Shown: positions 1 to 7,041 of the stretch, one piece after another
Layout of the letters: every line of letters starts with the position of its first letter
How positions within the stretch are numbered: the first letter of the stretch is position 1
Assembly: GCA_045546475.1 (NCBI GenBank)
Contig: JAZQCT010000054.1
Location: 3,342 to 67,341 of the forward strand
Origin: Oscillospiraceae bacterium
GTDB taxonomy: Bacteria > Bacillota > Clostridia > Oscillospirales > Ruminococcaceae
Reading direction: 5' to 3'
Length of the DNA: 64,000 nt
Made by a program: the position numbers and the translations under genes
Notes under the pieces: model-generated
What the model was told of the DNA's origin: nothing
Database searches by the model: none
The model's input: only the letters and a program-made list of their open reading frames with translations

Positions 1-878
1 GTATCATCAGCCCCGACTTCAGAACAGCGGGCAACTTTCTGAACCTGCTTCGTCAGGCGACCTTCAACGGATTGATCGCATTCGGTATGACATGCGTCAT
101 CCTTTCCGACGGCATCGACCTGTCCGTAGGCTCCACACTTGCTTTAAGTGCGGTTATCTGTGCAAAGCTTATGACAAGCGGCATTCCTGCTATGGTGGCA
201 ATGCCCATCGCTCTCGTTGTTGGCACGCTCCTCGGTGCAGTCAGCGGTCTGCTGGTCACCAAGGGCAGACTCCAGCCGTTCATCGCAACTCTCGTTACCA
301 TGACAGCCTACCGCGGTCTTGCTATGATCCTGACGGACGGCAAGCCGATCTCCCGTCTGGCTGAGATCGCTGGCAGCGATGCAAACCAGTTTGCATTCAA
401 GTTTGTCGGCAGAGGCAACTTTGTGAGTGTGCCGATCCCGGCGATCCTCCTCGTTCTGGCTCTGGTTATTTTCTATTTCGTTCTGAACAAGACGACCTTC
501 GGACGTAAGGTTTACGCAACCGGCAGCAACGCCAAGTGTGCAAAGCTGGTCGGTGTCAACATCACAAAGACAAAGATCATCGTTTATGCGATTTCCGGCT
601 TCATGTCCGCACTGACCGGTCTGCTGCTGATCTCCCGTCTGGACTCCGCACAGCCCACCCTCGGTGACGGCTATGAGCTGGATGCGATCGCTGCTGTTGC
701 ACTGGGCGGTACATCCATGAGCGGCGGCCGTGGTAAGATCACAGGCACCATCGCCGGCGTACTGATCATTGCAGTACTCAACAACGGTATGAACCTGCTT
801 GAGGTTTCCTCCTACTATCAGGATGTCATCAAGGCAGTCGTTATCCTCGTTGCTGTACTGTCCGACCGCAAGAGATAA
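1..878 (+). CDS. rbsC: Ribose-type sugar ABC transporter permease, 5' end outside window
   Basis: Frame is open from the window edge (..NLLRQATFNGLIAFGMTCVILSDGIDLSVGS..). Polytopic membrane protein, directly followed by rbsB- and rbsK-like genes. Confidence 0.85.
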   Translation, partial: IISPDFRTAGNFLNLLRQATFNGLIAFGMTCVILSDGIDLSVGSTLALSAVICAKLMTSGIPAMVAMPIALVVGTLLGAVSGLLVTKGRLQPFIATLVTMTAYRGLAMILTDGKPISRLAEIAGSDANQFAFKFVGRGNFVSVPIPAILLVLALVIFYFVLNKTTFGRKVYATGSNAKCAKLVGVNITKTKIIVYAISGFMSALTGLLLISRLDSAQPTLGDGYELDAIAAVALGGTSMSGGRGKITGTIAGVLIIAVLNNGMNLLEVSSYYQDVIKAVVILVAVLSDRKR

Positions 879-903
879 GCTATACTACATAGGAGGTATT
901 TCC

Positions 904-1902
904 ATGAAAAAAATTTTTGCATTGCTCCTGAGTACGATCATGATCTTCTGCCTTTCAGGATGTGCTCTGATCACCATCGACGGTGAAAGCAACGGAAATG
1001 CGGCAAATTATCAGGGCACTGGTGCCATCGGACTTTCCGTTTCCACACAGAACAACCCCTTCTTCGTAACCCTCGTTGAAGGTGCCGAAGCTGCCGCAGC
1101 AGAGGCTGGCGTACAGCTCATCGTTGTAGATGCAGGCGACGACGCTTCCAAGCAGGTCAGCGACATCGAGGACCTGGTTTCCAAGAATATCAGCGTTCTG
1201 ATCGTCAATCCTGTAGATTCCGATACCGTTTCCAGCGTTGTACAGACCGCTGTAAACAAGGGTGTCAAGGTCATCTCCGCTGACCGTGTGGTAAACGGCG
1301 TTGAGATCGACTGCCAGATCGCTTCCGACAACGTACTCGGTGCTGAGCTTGCAACACAGTTCATCGTTGACAAGCTGGGCGAAGGTGCGAAGGTTGCTGA
1401 GCTGCAGGGTACCAATGGTGCTTCTGCTGCCATCGACAGAGGCAAGGGCTTCCATAACATCGCAGATGAGAAGCTCGAGGTCGTTGCAAGCCAGACCGCA
1501 AACTTTGACCGTACAGAGGGCATGAACGTTATGGAGAACATGCTCCAGGCAAACGGCGATATTCAGGGCGTTTTTGCAGCAAATGACGAGATGGCACTGG
1601 GTGCTGTCAAGGCAATTGCCGGCGCAAAGAAGGACATCGTTGTTGTAGGCTTTGATGCAACGGATGACGCGATCGCTTCCATTAAGGCTGGCGAAATGGA
1701 TGCTACCATTGCACAGCAGCCCGATCTGATCGGTGCAACAGCTGTGGATACCGCACTGAGACTGATCAACGGTGAAACTGTGGACAAGTCCATTCCCGTT
1801 GAGGTTACACTGATCACTGCGGACAATGCAGGCAACAGCATCGGCGGATGCCAGTGTGCTGACGAGTGTGCATGTCCGGAAGGCAGCTGCTGCAAGAAGT
1901 AA
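904..1902 (+). CDS. rbsB: Ribose-binding lipoprotein (type I periplasmic-binding fold) with Cys-rich C-terminal tail
   Basis: SD aggagg lies 7 nt before ATG 904. Lipobox LSGC. Motifs IGLSVSTQNNPFF, VLIVNPVDS, VVGFDATDDA. The ORF-track start 799 has no SD. Confidence 0.85.
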   Translation: MKKIFALLLSTIMIFCLSGCALITIDGESNGNAANYQGTGAIGLSVSTQNNPFFVTLVEGAEAAAAEAGVQLIVVDAGDDASKQVSDIEDLVSKNISVLIVNPVDSDTVSSVVQTAVNKGVKVISADRVVNGVEIDCQIASDNVLGAELATQFIVDKLGEGAKVAELQGTNGASAAIDRGKGFHNIADEKLEVVASQTANFDRTEGMNVMENMLQANGDIQGVFAANDEMALGAVKAIAGAKKDIVVVGFDATDDAIASIKAGEMDATIAQQPDLIGATAVDTALRLINGETVDKSIPVEVTLITADNAGNSIGGCQCADECACPEGSCCKK

Positions 1903-1988
1903 TACCGGCACAGCGTAAATAAGGATAAGCAATGATCACTGAATGCCCTGTCCTCTGCGGGCGGGGCATTTCCTATGGAGGAACTATC

Positions 1989-2876
1989 ATGAAGGTATTA
2001 ACAATCGGCTCAATGAACATCGACCATGTATACAGTGTTGACCATATCGTCCAGCCCGGCGAGACCCTGACAACGGGGGATATGAATATCTACCTCGGCG
2101 GCAAGGGCATCAACCAGTCCATGGCGGTTGCAAAGGCTGGCGCAGAGGTCTACCACAGCGGCATGATCGGCAGGGACGGCGTACTGTTCCTGGAAGCGTG
2201 CAAGGAATACGGTGTCAATTCGGACTATATCCGGAAAATCAACGAAAAGACAGGACACACTATCATTCAGGTGGACAAGAACGCCCAGAACTGCATTCTT
2301 CTCTACGGCGGCGCGAACCAGTGCCTGACGGAGGAATTTGTGGATGAGGTGCTGTCTCATTTTGAAAAGGATGACATCCTCCTGCTCCAGAATGAGGTGA
2401 ACCTCCTGCCCTATATCATCGACAGGGCATATGAAAAGGGGATGCAGATTGCTCTGAATCCGTCCCCGTTCGATGATAAGCTGAATGCCTGCGACCTTAC
2501 AAAGATCAGCATTTTCCTGCTCAATGAGATCGAGGGCGGACAGATCACCGGCGAAACTGAGCCTTCAGCGATTCTGGACAAGCTTCAGGAGCTGTATCCG
2601 GAAGCAAGGATCGTCCTGACGCTTGGCAAGGACGGCGCGGTATATGCGCATAAGGACGAGCGTTATACGCAGCCGATCTTCAAGGTACAGGCAGTGGATA
2701 CGACCGCGGCAGGGGACACCTTTACAGGCTATTTCCTCGCTGGTCTGATCGACGGCATGGCAGTACCGGACATCCTGCGCATGAGCGCAAAGGCATCCTC
2801 CATCGCAGTCACCCGACCCGGTGCCGTGCAGTCCATTCCTTATCGTAAGGAAGTGGAGGAAGCACTGAAGGAATAA
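1989..2876 (+). CDS. rbsK: Ribokinase (PfkB family)
   Basis: SD ggagga before ATG 1989. MKVLTIGSMNIDHVY, GGKGINQ and DTTAAGDTF motifs. Sits in the rbs operon. Confidence 0.9.
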   Translation: MKVLTIGSMNIDHVYSVDHIVQPGETLTTGDMNIYLGGKGINQSMAVAKAGAEVYHSGMIGRDGVLFLEACKEYGVNSDYIRKINEKTGHTIIQVDKNAQNCILLYGGANQCLTEEFVDEVLSHFEKDDILLLQNEVNLLPYIIDRAYEKGMQIALNPSPFDDKLNACDLTKISIFLLNEIEGGQITGETEPSAILDKLQELYPEARIVLTLGKDGAVYAHKDERYTQPIFKVQAVDTTAAGDTFTGYFLAGLIDGMAVPDILRMSAKASSIAVTRPGAVQSIPYRKEVEEALKE

Positions 2877-3000
2877 TACTAATCTCCCAAACAATAATAG
2901 GCAAAATCGGTTTCAAAAGGCGATAGCCTCTAAATCCTCCTCCCTCCGGGAGGGGGCGGGTAAATTAAAGTTGTCTATTGGTGTTGAAGGGGGATTAGTA
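2877..3000. mobile_element. MITE-like element, family 1, copy A (124 bp)
   Basis: Ends are tactaatctccc and gggggattagta (inverted). Direct TAA at 2874-2876 (rbsK stop) and 3001-3003. Internal modules are shared with 9279-9382, 57198-57296 and 61353-61509. Confidence 0.7.
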
Positions 3001-3017
3001 TAAGGAAAATATGCTTT

Positions 3018-3050
3018 AAAGGCTGCTGTACATTGCATACAGCAGCCTTT
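3018..3050. terminator. Hairpin between convergent rbsK and PHP genes
   Basis: aaaggctgctgta-cattgca-tacagcagccttt, 13-bp perfect stem with A/T flanks on both sides. Confidence 0.7.
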
Positions 3051-3062
3051 GTCATGCAAAGA

Positions 3063-3839
3063 TCATTTCTTCAAACCAAGCCCCGGCAGAGTCTCAACCA
3101 GCTCCAGCCCGCATTGAGCCGCAAGCGTCCTGCACTGTCCGATCAGCTCACGGTTATCCATGCGGTCGGGGGAGTGGGCATCAATGCCGATGATGGCGGT
3201 GTTTCCGACGGACTTTGCGATCCGCAGGAAACGCTCCGAGGTGTAGTGCCGCTTTTCCGCAACGCCGAGCAGATTGATCTCTACGGGGATGTCATGCGCC
3301 TTGAGATATTCACACAGGCGGCGGTATTCCTGCTCATAGACCGCATCCTCTCCGACAAAATGGAACAGGTCGGGATGGGCAAGGTACTTGTAGCGTCCGG
3401 ACTCCATGCCTGCAATGCACAGGTCGATGTACTTCCGGAAAGCGGCTTCGTCATTGGACGGGAAGCCCGTATACGGTCCGAACGGCTCGCGCTCGGTGAA
3501 ATGCTCGCCGAGGATCATGTAATCCACCGGATAATCCGCAAGGAGCCTGTCCTGTGCTTCCATCAGCTCCGGGATGTACTCGGACTCAAAGCCGATATAA
3601 ATGGTGATGTCCCCGGCGTATTCCTTTTTCAGGTCGGTCAGGGAGGTAAAATAGTCATCCAGCTCGGATGGGAGCATCCGCGTATGGGATACATGACCGT
3701 CCTCGAATATCCACGGGCAGTGATCGGCAAAGCCGAGTACCTTCATGCCGCCGCGGATGGCGTTTTCTACATATTGTCTGTCCTCGCCAGCCGCATGATG
3801 ACAGCGCGCTGTGTGGGTATGGTAATTGGCAAAAAGCAT
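3063..3839 (-). CDS. PHP-family histidinol-phosphatase-like metal-dependent phosphoesterase
   Basis: N-terminus MLFANYHTHTARCHHA.., later GFADH and ILGEH motifs typical of HisJ/HisK PHP phosphatases. Confidence 0.7.
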   Translation of the reverse strand: MLFANYHTHTARCHHAAGEDRQYVENAIRGGMKVLGFADHCPWIFEDGHVSHTRMLPSELDDYFTSLTDLKKEYAGDITIYIGFESEYIPELMEAQDRLLADYPVDYMILGEHFTEREPFGPYTGFPSNDEAAFRKYIDLCIAGMESGRYKYLAHPDLFHFVGEDAVYEQEYRRLCEYLKAHDIPVEINLLGVAEKRHYTSERFLRIAKSVGNTAIIGIDAHSPDRMDNRELIGQCRTLAAQCGLELVETLPGLGLKK

Positions 3840-3863
3840 GTGTATCAGTCCTTTATTATAGTA

Positions 3864-4124
3864 TTACTGTTTAGCAGTCATCAGCTCTCCAATGACCAGC
3901 AGCGGAGAGCAGAGGAGCATCCAGCTGTAGGCACATGTCAGGATTGTGTAGATGACCTTGCCTTTTTTGGATTCTGTTCGCCTGCGGTTATAGAAGCTTA
4001 CAGCAAACAAAGTACCGACCGCCGCGATCCAGCAGAGTACATGGAGAATGCCGGAGGTCACAGTCCAGGGTATCACAAACGCCGCACCGAGCAGATAGCC
4101 CCAGTTGTATTTAAAAAACTTCAT
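3864..4124 (-). CDS. Small hypothetical membrane protein
   Basis: SD aaaggag before ATG 4124 (MKFFKYNWGYLLGAAF..). Two or three hydrophobic helices. No recognisable family. Confidence 0.4.
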   Translation of the reverse strand: MKFFKYNWGYLLGAAFVIPWTVTSGILHVLCWIAAVGTLFAVSFYNRRRTESKKGKVIYTILTCAYSWMLLCSPLLVIGELMTAKQ

Positions 4125-4217
4125 GAATGAACACTCCTTTCCAACTCCTATTATACTGCATTTCCGCCCCTTTGTCAAACTCCGTAAAAATATTTTGTCA
4201 CCATCTGAAACTTTTTC

Positions 4218-4246
4218 TTTACAACCGGGGAAAAGTGTGCTATAAT
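4218..4246 (+). promoter_or_regulatory. SigA-type promoter upstream of ddh
   Basis: TTTACA-17-TATAAT with extended TGTGC before the -10. Confidence 0.45.
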
Positions 4247-4332
4247 TAAAGTGTCAGGTCAATTGCGACAACTGTCCGCCGCGGGCGGTCAGTTTGGATG
4301 GCTTGAGTACAATTCTAAGGCATGGAGGAATT

Positions 4333-5325
4333 ATGATGGAAAAAATCAGAATCGGCATTGCAGGCTACGGCAACCTCGGCAAGGGCGTGGAGCTTGCGAT
4401 CAGACAGAATGATGATATGGAGCTTGTGGGCGTATTCACCAGACGCGATCCCGCATCTGTGAAGCTGATGACAGCGGGCGTTCCGGCATACCGTATGGAC
4501 GATGCAGAAAAAATGCAGGATGCCATTGATGTGATGATCATCTGCGGCGGCAGTGCGACCGATCTGCCGGAGCAGACCCCGGCACTGGCGAAGCTTTTCA
4601 ATGTCATTGACAGCTTTGATACCCATGCAAGAATCCCGGAGCATTTCGCAAACGTGGACGCTGCCGCAAAGGAAAGCGGTCATCTTGCTATGATCTCCCT
4701 CGGCTGGGATCCGGGTCTGTTCTCCCTGAACCGCCTGTATGCGGAATCCATCCTGCCGTCCGGCAAGACCTATACCTTCTGGGGCAAGGGCGTAAGCCAG
4801 GGACATTCCGACGCGATCCGCAGAGTGGCAGGCGTAAAGCGCGGCATTCAGTACACCGTTCCCGTTGATGCCGCAATGGACGCAGTCCGCAGCGGCGCAC
4901 AGCCGGAGCTTTCCACACGCGACAAGCACGAGAGAGTGTGCTATGTTGTAGCTGAGGAGGGTGCTGATCTGGCAGCGATCGAAAACGAGATCAAGACCAT
5001 GAAGAACTACTTCGACCAGTACAACACGACTGTGAATTTTATCACAGAGGAAGAATTTGATGCACAGCACAATACCATGCCGCACGGCGGATTCGTAATG
5101 CGCAGTGCAAAGACGGGCGACGGCGAGTGCAGTCACCAGATGATCGAATACTCCCTGAAGCTCGACTCCAATCCGGAGTTTACCGCAAGCGTGCTGGTAG
5201 CTTATGCAAGAGCATTGTACCGCATGAAGGCAGAGGGCATGACCGGCTGCAAGACGGCATTTGACGTTGCCCCCGGCTACCTGTCCAGACTGAGCGCAGA
5301 GGAACTGCGGGCGCAGATGCTGTAA
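4333..5325 (+). CDS. ddh: meso-Diaminopimelate D-dehydrogenase
   Basis: SD ggagga then ATGATG at 4333. Rossmann start IRIGIAGYGNLGKGVE, then GWDPGLFS and SQGHSDA motifs of the Ddh family. Confidence 0.9.
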   Translation: MMEKIRIGIAGYGNLGKGVELAIRQNDDMELVGVFTRRDPASVKLMTAGVPAYRMDDAEKMQDAIDVMIICGGSATDLPEQTPALAKLFNVIDSFDTHARIPEHFANVDAAAKESGHLAMISLGWDPGLFSLNRLYAESILPSGKTYTFWGKGVSQGHSDAIRRVAGVKRGIQYTVPVDAAMDAVRSGAQPELSTRDKHERVCYVVAEEGADLAAIENEIKTMKNYFDQYNTTVNFITEEEFDAQHNTMPHGGFVMRSAKTGDGECSHQMIEYSLKLDSNPEFTASVLVAYARALYRMKAEGMTGCKTAFDVAPGYLSRLSAEELRAQML

Positions 5326-5340
5326 TTCGCAGCTTGTACA

Positions 5341-5470
5341 AAAAGTCTTTTTCTGGGGACAGTACACCATAACTGCCCCCACCCCAACCCCTCCCCGAGG
5401 GGAGGGGCTATATTTCGGGGACTTCGTCCCCGCACCCCTTTAGTGGGGCTGTTGCCCCACACCCCATTTT
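5341..5470. repeat. Hairpin-cluster intergenic repeat (module cccctccccgaggggagggg plus G4/C4 mini-hairpins)
   Basis: Reverse complement matches 12175-12251 (atatagcccctcccctcggggagggg.tggggtggggg.agtta..gaaaa.agactttt). A core of 24 nt also occurs at 53144-53167. Confidence 0.7.
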
Positions 5471-5488
5471 AGGTTTTTCGACAGACTG

Positions 5489-5520
5489 ATCCCCCTTTGA
5501 ACTTCGCTTCAAAGGGGGAT
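5489..5520. terminator. Hairpin between convergent ddh and WYL genes
   Basis: atccccctttgaa-cttcgc-ttcaaagggggat, followed by ttgataattt. Confidence 0.65.
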
Positions 5521-5544
5521 TTGATAATTTAGTGAGAACACTCT

Positions 5545-6507
5545 CTAATACTGTGCCAGCACCGCTCTGAGCTGCTCCGCCATTGCCGCGCGGATGTCCG
5601 GCGGTGAAATGATTTCTGCATTTTCACCGTACTGCATGAGCCATTTGTAAAAGGTCTGGGAGATGCCCACCTTTGCGCGGATGATCACGCAGTCGCTGCG
5701 GGTTTCATCATCCTGCGCACTGCCGAAGGTACCGAATTGATCCAGCATTTCATCCAGCAGGAATCGTTTGACGCGGATCCTGACGACCTCAAAGCGTTCC
5801 GGCTCAAAAATATCCACAACGGCTCCCTCCGGCTTTGGCAGCTCCGGGAGCTTCTGCACGCGCTCGCCGCTTTCGATCTGCTTCATGCGGTCCACGCGGT
5901 AGGTGCGCACCTTGCCGGTCAGCTCGTCCACACATTTGAGGTAGAAGCGGTCATTGAAGTACACCACTCTGCACGGGATCACTTCACGCGGCTTGCTGTA
6001 GTACACCAGATTGCCGTTCAGATCGGATTTGCCGTAGTCAAATACGATCTTTCGTTTTTCCGCGATCACCGCATGAACCAGCTCCAGATTTTCCAGCAGG
6101 TCATAGGACGGCGTTTCTCTGCCGTCAAGGGAAACACGGCTGATGAGCTGCCGCACCTGCGCCTGTGAGCAGAGCGCGCCGAATTTCCGGATGAGCTGGT
6201 GTTTCTGGCGCGTGGAAAGGTACTTGTTAATATTGACGGAATCGGCAAGAAACCGGATCTCATTGAACGTGAAGCCCTTCTGCGGAATATAGTAATACCG
6301 CGCATTGTGCGGACCTGTGTAGGTTCTGATCTGCGCGTTCGTCCGTTCAAGACGCTCCAGATCGCGCCGGATGGTGACCACAGCAGCCGTTTCAAGATTG
6401 GTCTCTGTTTCCAGATACCGCTTGATGTCCTGAATGGTCACGCCGTGTTTTTCATCCGTGCAGCGCGTCAGGTAGTCCTGTATGTAAATGATTCTTTCGT
6501 GTTCCAT
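5545..6507 (-). CDS. HTH + WYL-domain transcriptional regulator
   Basis: N-terminal winged HTH (GVTIQDIKRYLE..TIRRDLERLE). Central WYL-type segment (IPCRVVYFNDRFYLKCVD..RTYRVDRM). C-terminal extension. Confidence 0.7.
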   Translation of the reverse strand: MEHERIIYIQDYLTRCTDEKHGVTIQDIKRYLETETNLETAAVVTIRRDLERLERTNAQIRTYTGPHNARYYYIPQKGFTFNEIRFLADSVNINKYLSTRQKHQLIRKFGALCSQAQVRQLISRVSLDGRETPSYDLLENLELVHAVIAEKRKIVFDYGKSDLNGNLVYYSKPREVIPCRVVYFNDRFYLKCVDELTGKVRTYRVDRMKQIESGERVQKLPELPKPEGAVVDIFEPERFEVVRIRVKRFLLDEMLDQFGTFGSAQDDETRSDCVIIRAKVGISQTFYKWLMQYGENAEIISPPDIRAAMAEQLRAVLAQY

Positions 6508-6509
6508 TG

Positions 6510-6734
6510 TTACTTTGCAAGGCTCAGCACCTGCTTGAACAGGTCAATGTCATCCTGTTCCACGCGGATATTGGTGACGATCTTCTTTCCCTCAGGATCG
6601 GTGATGCTGATCTCCAGCACACTCCCCTCGGAAATGCTGTTTCCGGCATAGCCGAAGAACTGGACAAATTTCGGATGGCGGTCACGGAAGCGTTCAAGCA
6701 TGGGCTTGATCTGCAGTAATGCAAGCGGGTTCAT
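6510..6734 (-). CDS. Hypothetical 74-aa protein, translationally coupled to the WYL regulator
   Basis: SD aagagga before ATG 6734. Its stop lies 2 nt before the WYL start, which has no SD of its own. No family recognised. Confidence 0.45.
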   Translation of the reverse strand: MNPLALLQIKPMLERFRDRHPKFVQFFGYAGNSISEGSVLEISITDPEGKKIVTNIRVEQDDIDLFKQVLSLAK

Positions 6735-6783
6735 AATTTGTTTCCTCTTTTCTGTTCGGATTGCGGGCGTATGCCCTGTATCT

Positions 6784-6812
6784 ATTATAGCAGATATGCG
6801 GGAAGAAATCAA
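6784..6812 (-). promoter_or_regulatory. SigA-type promoter for the small-ORF/WYL operon
   Basis: On the minus strand, TTGATT-17-TATAAT (tctgctataat). The -35 lies 3 nt from the TTA direct repeat flanking the family 2 MITE. Confidence 0.5.
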
Positions 6813-6818
6813 CTATTA

Positions 6819-6999
6819 CTCCGGCAATTAATTATAGATACTTTTTGGGGGCAGCATTCTGAGGCTGCACCTCCCAAGGGGAGCAATGTCACCAACTTTC
6901 TTTGAACCCGCCTAAGTTGATGATATTGCCCGCCCTGTGGGGAGTTGCTGCCAAAGGCTATCGCCTTTTGAATCCATGATCGCCCTTTAATTGCCGGAG
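6819..6999. mobile_element. MITE-like element, family 2 (181 bp)
   Basis: Perfect 13-bp terminal inverted repeat ctccggcaattaa (6819-6831) / ttaattgccggag (6987-6999). Direct TTA at 6816-6818 and 7000-7002. Internal modules are shared with family 1 and with 50600-50860. Confidence 0.7.
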
Positions 7000-7041
7000 T
7001 TATAATGGAGGGCAAAGTGCCCTCCATTCTGCCGATTCCTG

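Noticed and set aside
5277-5462. Short ORFs translating the repeats (..PPLGEGLGWG..), also at 12079..12372, 12127..12318, 50538..50915 and 18972..19250.
   Set aside because: The shared peptide strings come from the shared DNA repeat modules, which occur in both orientations and frames. There are no translation signals.
5545-6507. WYL regulator as a marker of a defence island.
   Set aside because: The neighbours are ddh, a 74-aa unknown and a glycoside hydrolase. No nuclease, helicase, methylase, cas or other effector-like genes are adjacent.
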